DNA of 62,581 nucleotides, counting the filler, from Diploschistes diacapsis (taxonomy: Eukaryota): the NCBI GenBank assembly GCA_023645945.1. It is 5 parts of 5 records of this genome, joined end to end, with 100 filler letters (N's around TTAATTAATTAA, not from the genome) between each part and the next. Parts side by side here need not be neighbours in the genome. Positions count along the whole stretch, not along the records: positions 54,786 to 62,581 come from JALAIB010001236.1; 4 more parts are not named here. One strand, 5' to 3'. Both the position numbers and the translations under genes were made by a program. Shown piece by piece: positions 60,737-62,581 of the stretch; the first letter of the stretch is position 1, and each line of letters opens with the position of its first letter. Below the pieces are notes generated by a model that saw only the letters and a program-made list of their open reading frames with translations, ran no database searches and had not been told where the DNA came from.

Positions 60737-62473
60737 TCATACCTGAGGGGTGCCTGCAGCTAAGCTCACGCGGGTACCCGACACCGTTTCTAAGCTGGCC
60801 ACATCCAAGTCCCAGCCTGCTGCTGCTAATGCTGCTGTGTCTTTGGTCCAGCTGCTCTTCAATTCCCGCAAGCTTGTGTCTATCAGCTTTGCTATAGCTG
60901 CAGAATCCTCTCGCTCGGCTCTGGACCGCTGTTGAAGATCTCGTATAAGCAGCATTGCGTGCGCCCACGCTTGCAGCTGCGAGACGGGGCGTATTGACTC
61001 TTTAAGGGCAATCAATACCGTGTCCTGGGACCATGCATAACATAGTAGGTAATCCTCTTCGGCGAATATGTCTATGAGTCCTGTCAAGGACGACTGGCCT
61101 TGTTTGACCGAGTTGGTGATGTGATGGGTGCTTCCAAGAGCTGACACGATTTTGAATATGCTAACTCCCATTGTCGCTCGCCCTATTGCATCTCCTCCAT
61201 TCCACCTTATGAAACTGCTCCTCTCAAATATGCGTTCTTTCTTTGATATTTCCTCTGGGCTCAAGACAGATCCAGTATCGAACAGATGTGAAAAGCATAG
61301 GCAAGCACGCTGGCGATTCAGGGTGTCCATTCTGACAGCTCTGACAGCTCTGTGATTCATCCCAAGGTGGATTGCGAGCAAAAGAATGAGACACGCCCAT
61401 GTTGCCTCCAGGGAAGTTACATAGGATACCACCAAACTCCCCGCCTAGCCGAAGCATCAGTTCTGCTACGGTTTCAATCGATGCTCCGGACTCACCAGCA
61501 TGCCTATCAAGGATATGACAGTTTCTTGACTTGCATCTTTCTACGCGGCCACAGCTGTCAGCTATTTGCCAACTCTCTGTTTTTCCACAGGCCTTCTCTA
61601 AATCCTGTTTGCATATTCTCACTACTTTCTTTTTCACCTCCTCCATTCTTGCACCTGAGATTGAAAGGACTCACCGCGTTGAGCTCCCCCACATTTCCCC
61701 TCCTAGCAAAATGTACGCTCAAACTTGCCTTGGCAGCTCCCGCAGCAACCCCACATAGCGCCCTCAGCACTCCGCTCGCACTCAGCACCGATATCCTTAC
61801 CAAACCTCTAGGTAAAGCAGGCGATAAACAGTCCAAGAGCATCGCACAGTCGTTCAAAACATCTGCCAGCAGGCGGTAGCGCTTGCACTCGGGTTCCAGG
61901 GCGGAGCCGAAGCGGTGCGCGAAGAGGATCGTGGAGATGCGCCCTGTTGAGTCTTGAAGGATGTGTAGCAATAGGGCGGAGGTGGGAGAGGCAGTGGAGT
62001 CGCCTACGCCTACGCCTATAGGGACATGGGGTTTAGTCGCAGTCGATGAAGGGGAGAGGGAGGAATGGGGCGAGAAGGACTGAAGGGGGGCGCGTAATGG
62101 GATGGGAAACATACCTTCGAGGACGGCACGGGAGGAAAGGAGTCCAGCTATGGAGCTGGAAAAGGCTTGGAGGGAGTCCTGGATACACTTCTTAGTCCCA
62201 GCCCAGCATGAGGCATCGCGGACTGACATAGATCTGATAACTGCAGACCACAAGAAGTCAGACCAATTGACACTCTTTCCGATCGTCCCTTCTCCTCTCT
62301 TTCAAGACGAACCGCAGCCTCCACGCCGACCGCAGCCCCCCGAACTTGAGGACGTGTAAAACTCACGGCATATAATCCTCCGTCACGCTAGCCGGATACC
62401 CAACAGGGAGAAACACCTCGAGCAGAGCATTCCACGCATGCGCGAGGAAGTTGCCATGATTCCTTCCCGGCCT
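60737..62473 (-). CDS. RUS1 / DUF647 family protein; 5' end lies beyond the window
   Basis: Spliced motifs FLPVGYPASVTEDYMP-YQIY-DSLQAFSSSIAGLLSSRAVLEG-VGVGD...KRYRLLADVLND...HFARRGNVGELNA-KDSCQET...NHRAVRAVRMDTLNRQRA; includes a 13-nt micro-exon (62240-62228). Confidence 0.9.
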
Positions 62474-62581
62474 CTAGACGAACAAGAACAGCACCTATTA
62501 GCCGGAACGCCTCCCCAGAAGCGGATCCGTAATACAGAATGCACACATGCCAAAAACACAGGACGCGCGCGAGGCTTCCAG

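Noticed and set aside
1..62581. tRNA, rRNA or CRISPR arrays
   Set aside because: None recognised by eye; a tRNAscan-SE/Rfam run would be needed to exclude small RNAs.

Overview
Genomic DNA from a filamentous ascomycete (Pezizomycotina; inferred from short GT-AG introns with CTRAC-type branch points and from the gene set). The window is five unrelated contigs joined by artificial 100-nt N spacers carrying TTAATTAATTAA, so gene order across spacers is not biological. Contig 1 (1-30932) holds an Arg/His-rich gene tail, an Lte1-type RasGEF, a small accessory patch (decayed caspase-like gene, MITE-like remnants, intronless ankyrin + SEC-C gene), a 16-exon URA2/pyrABCN gene, a DHA1/Hol1-like MFS transporter and TOP2. 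Contig 2 holds RPS13 and a GprM-like GPCR. Contig 3 holds a partial DHA1 MFS transporter and CRM1. Contig 4 holds a nest of non-autonomous DNA transposons, including an intact Tourist/PIF-type MITE, and an internally deleted PKS-carnitine acyltransferase pseudogene. Contig 5 holds an RgsA-like gene and a partial RUS1/DUF647 gene. The most notable observation is that the URA2-like gene keeps its GATase, CPSase and ATCase catalytic motifs but lacks the whole dihydroorotase-like domain, fusing CPSase almost directly to ATCase within one exon. All calls come from reading the sequence by eye; no searches were run.
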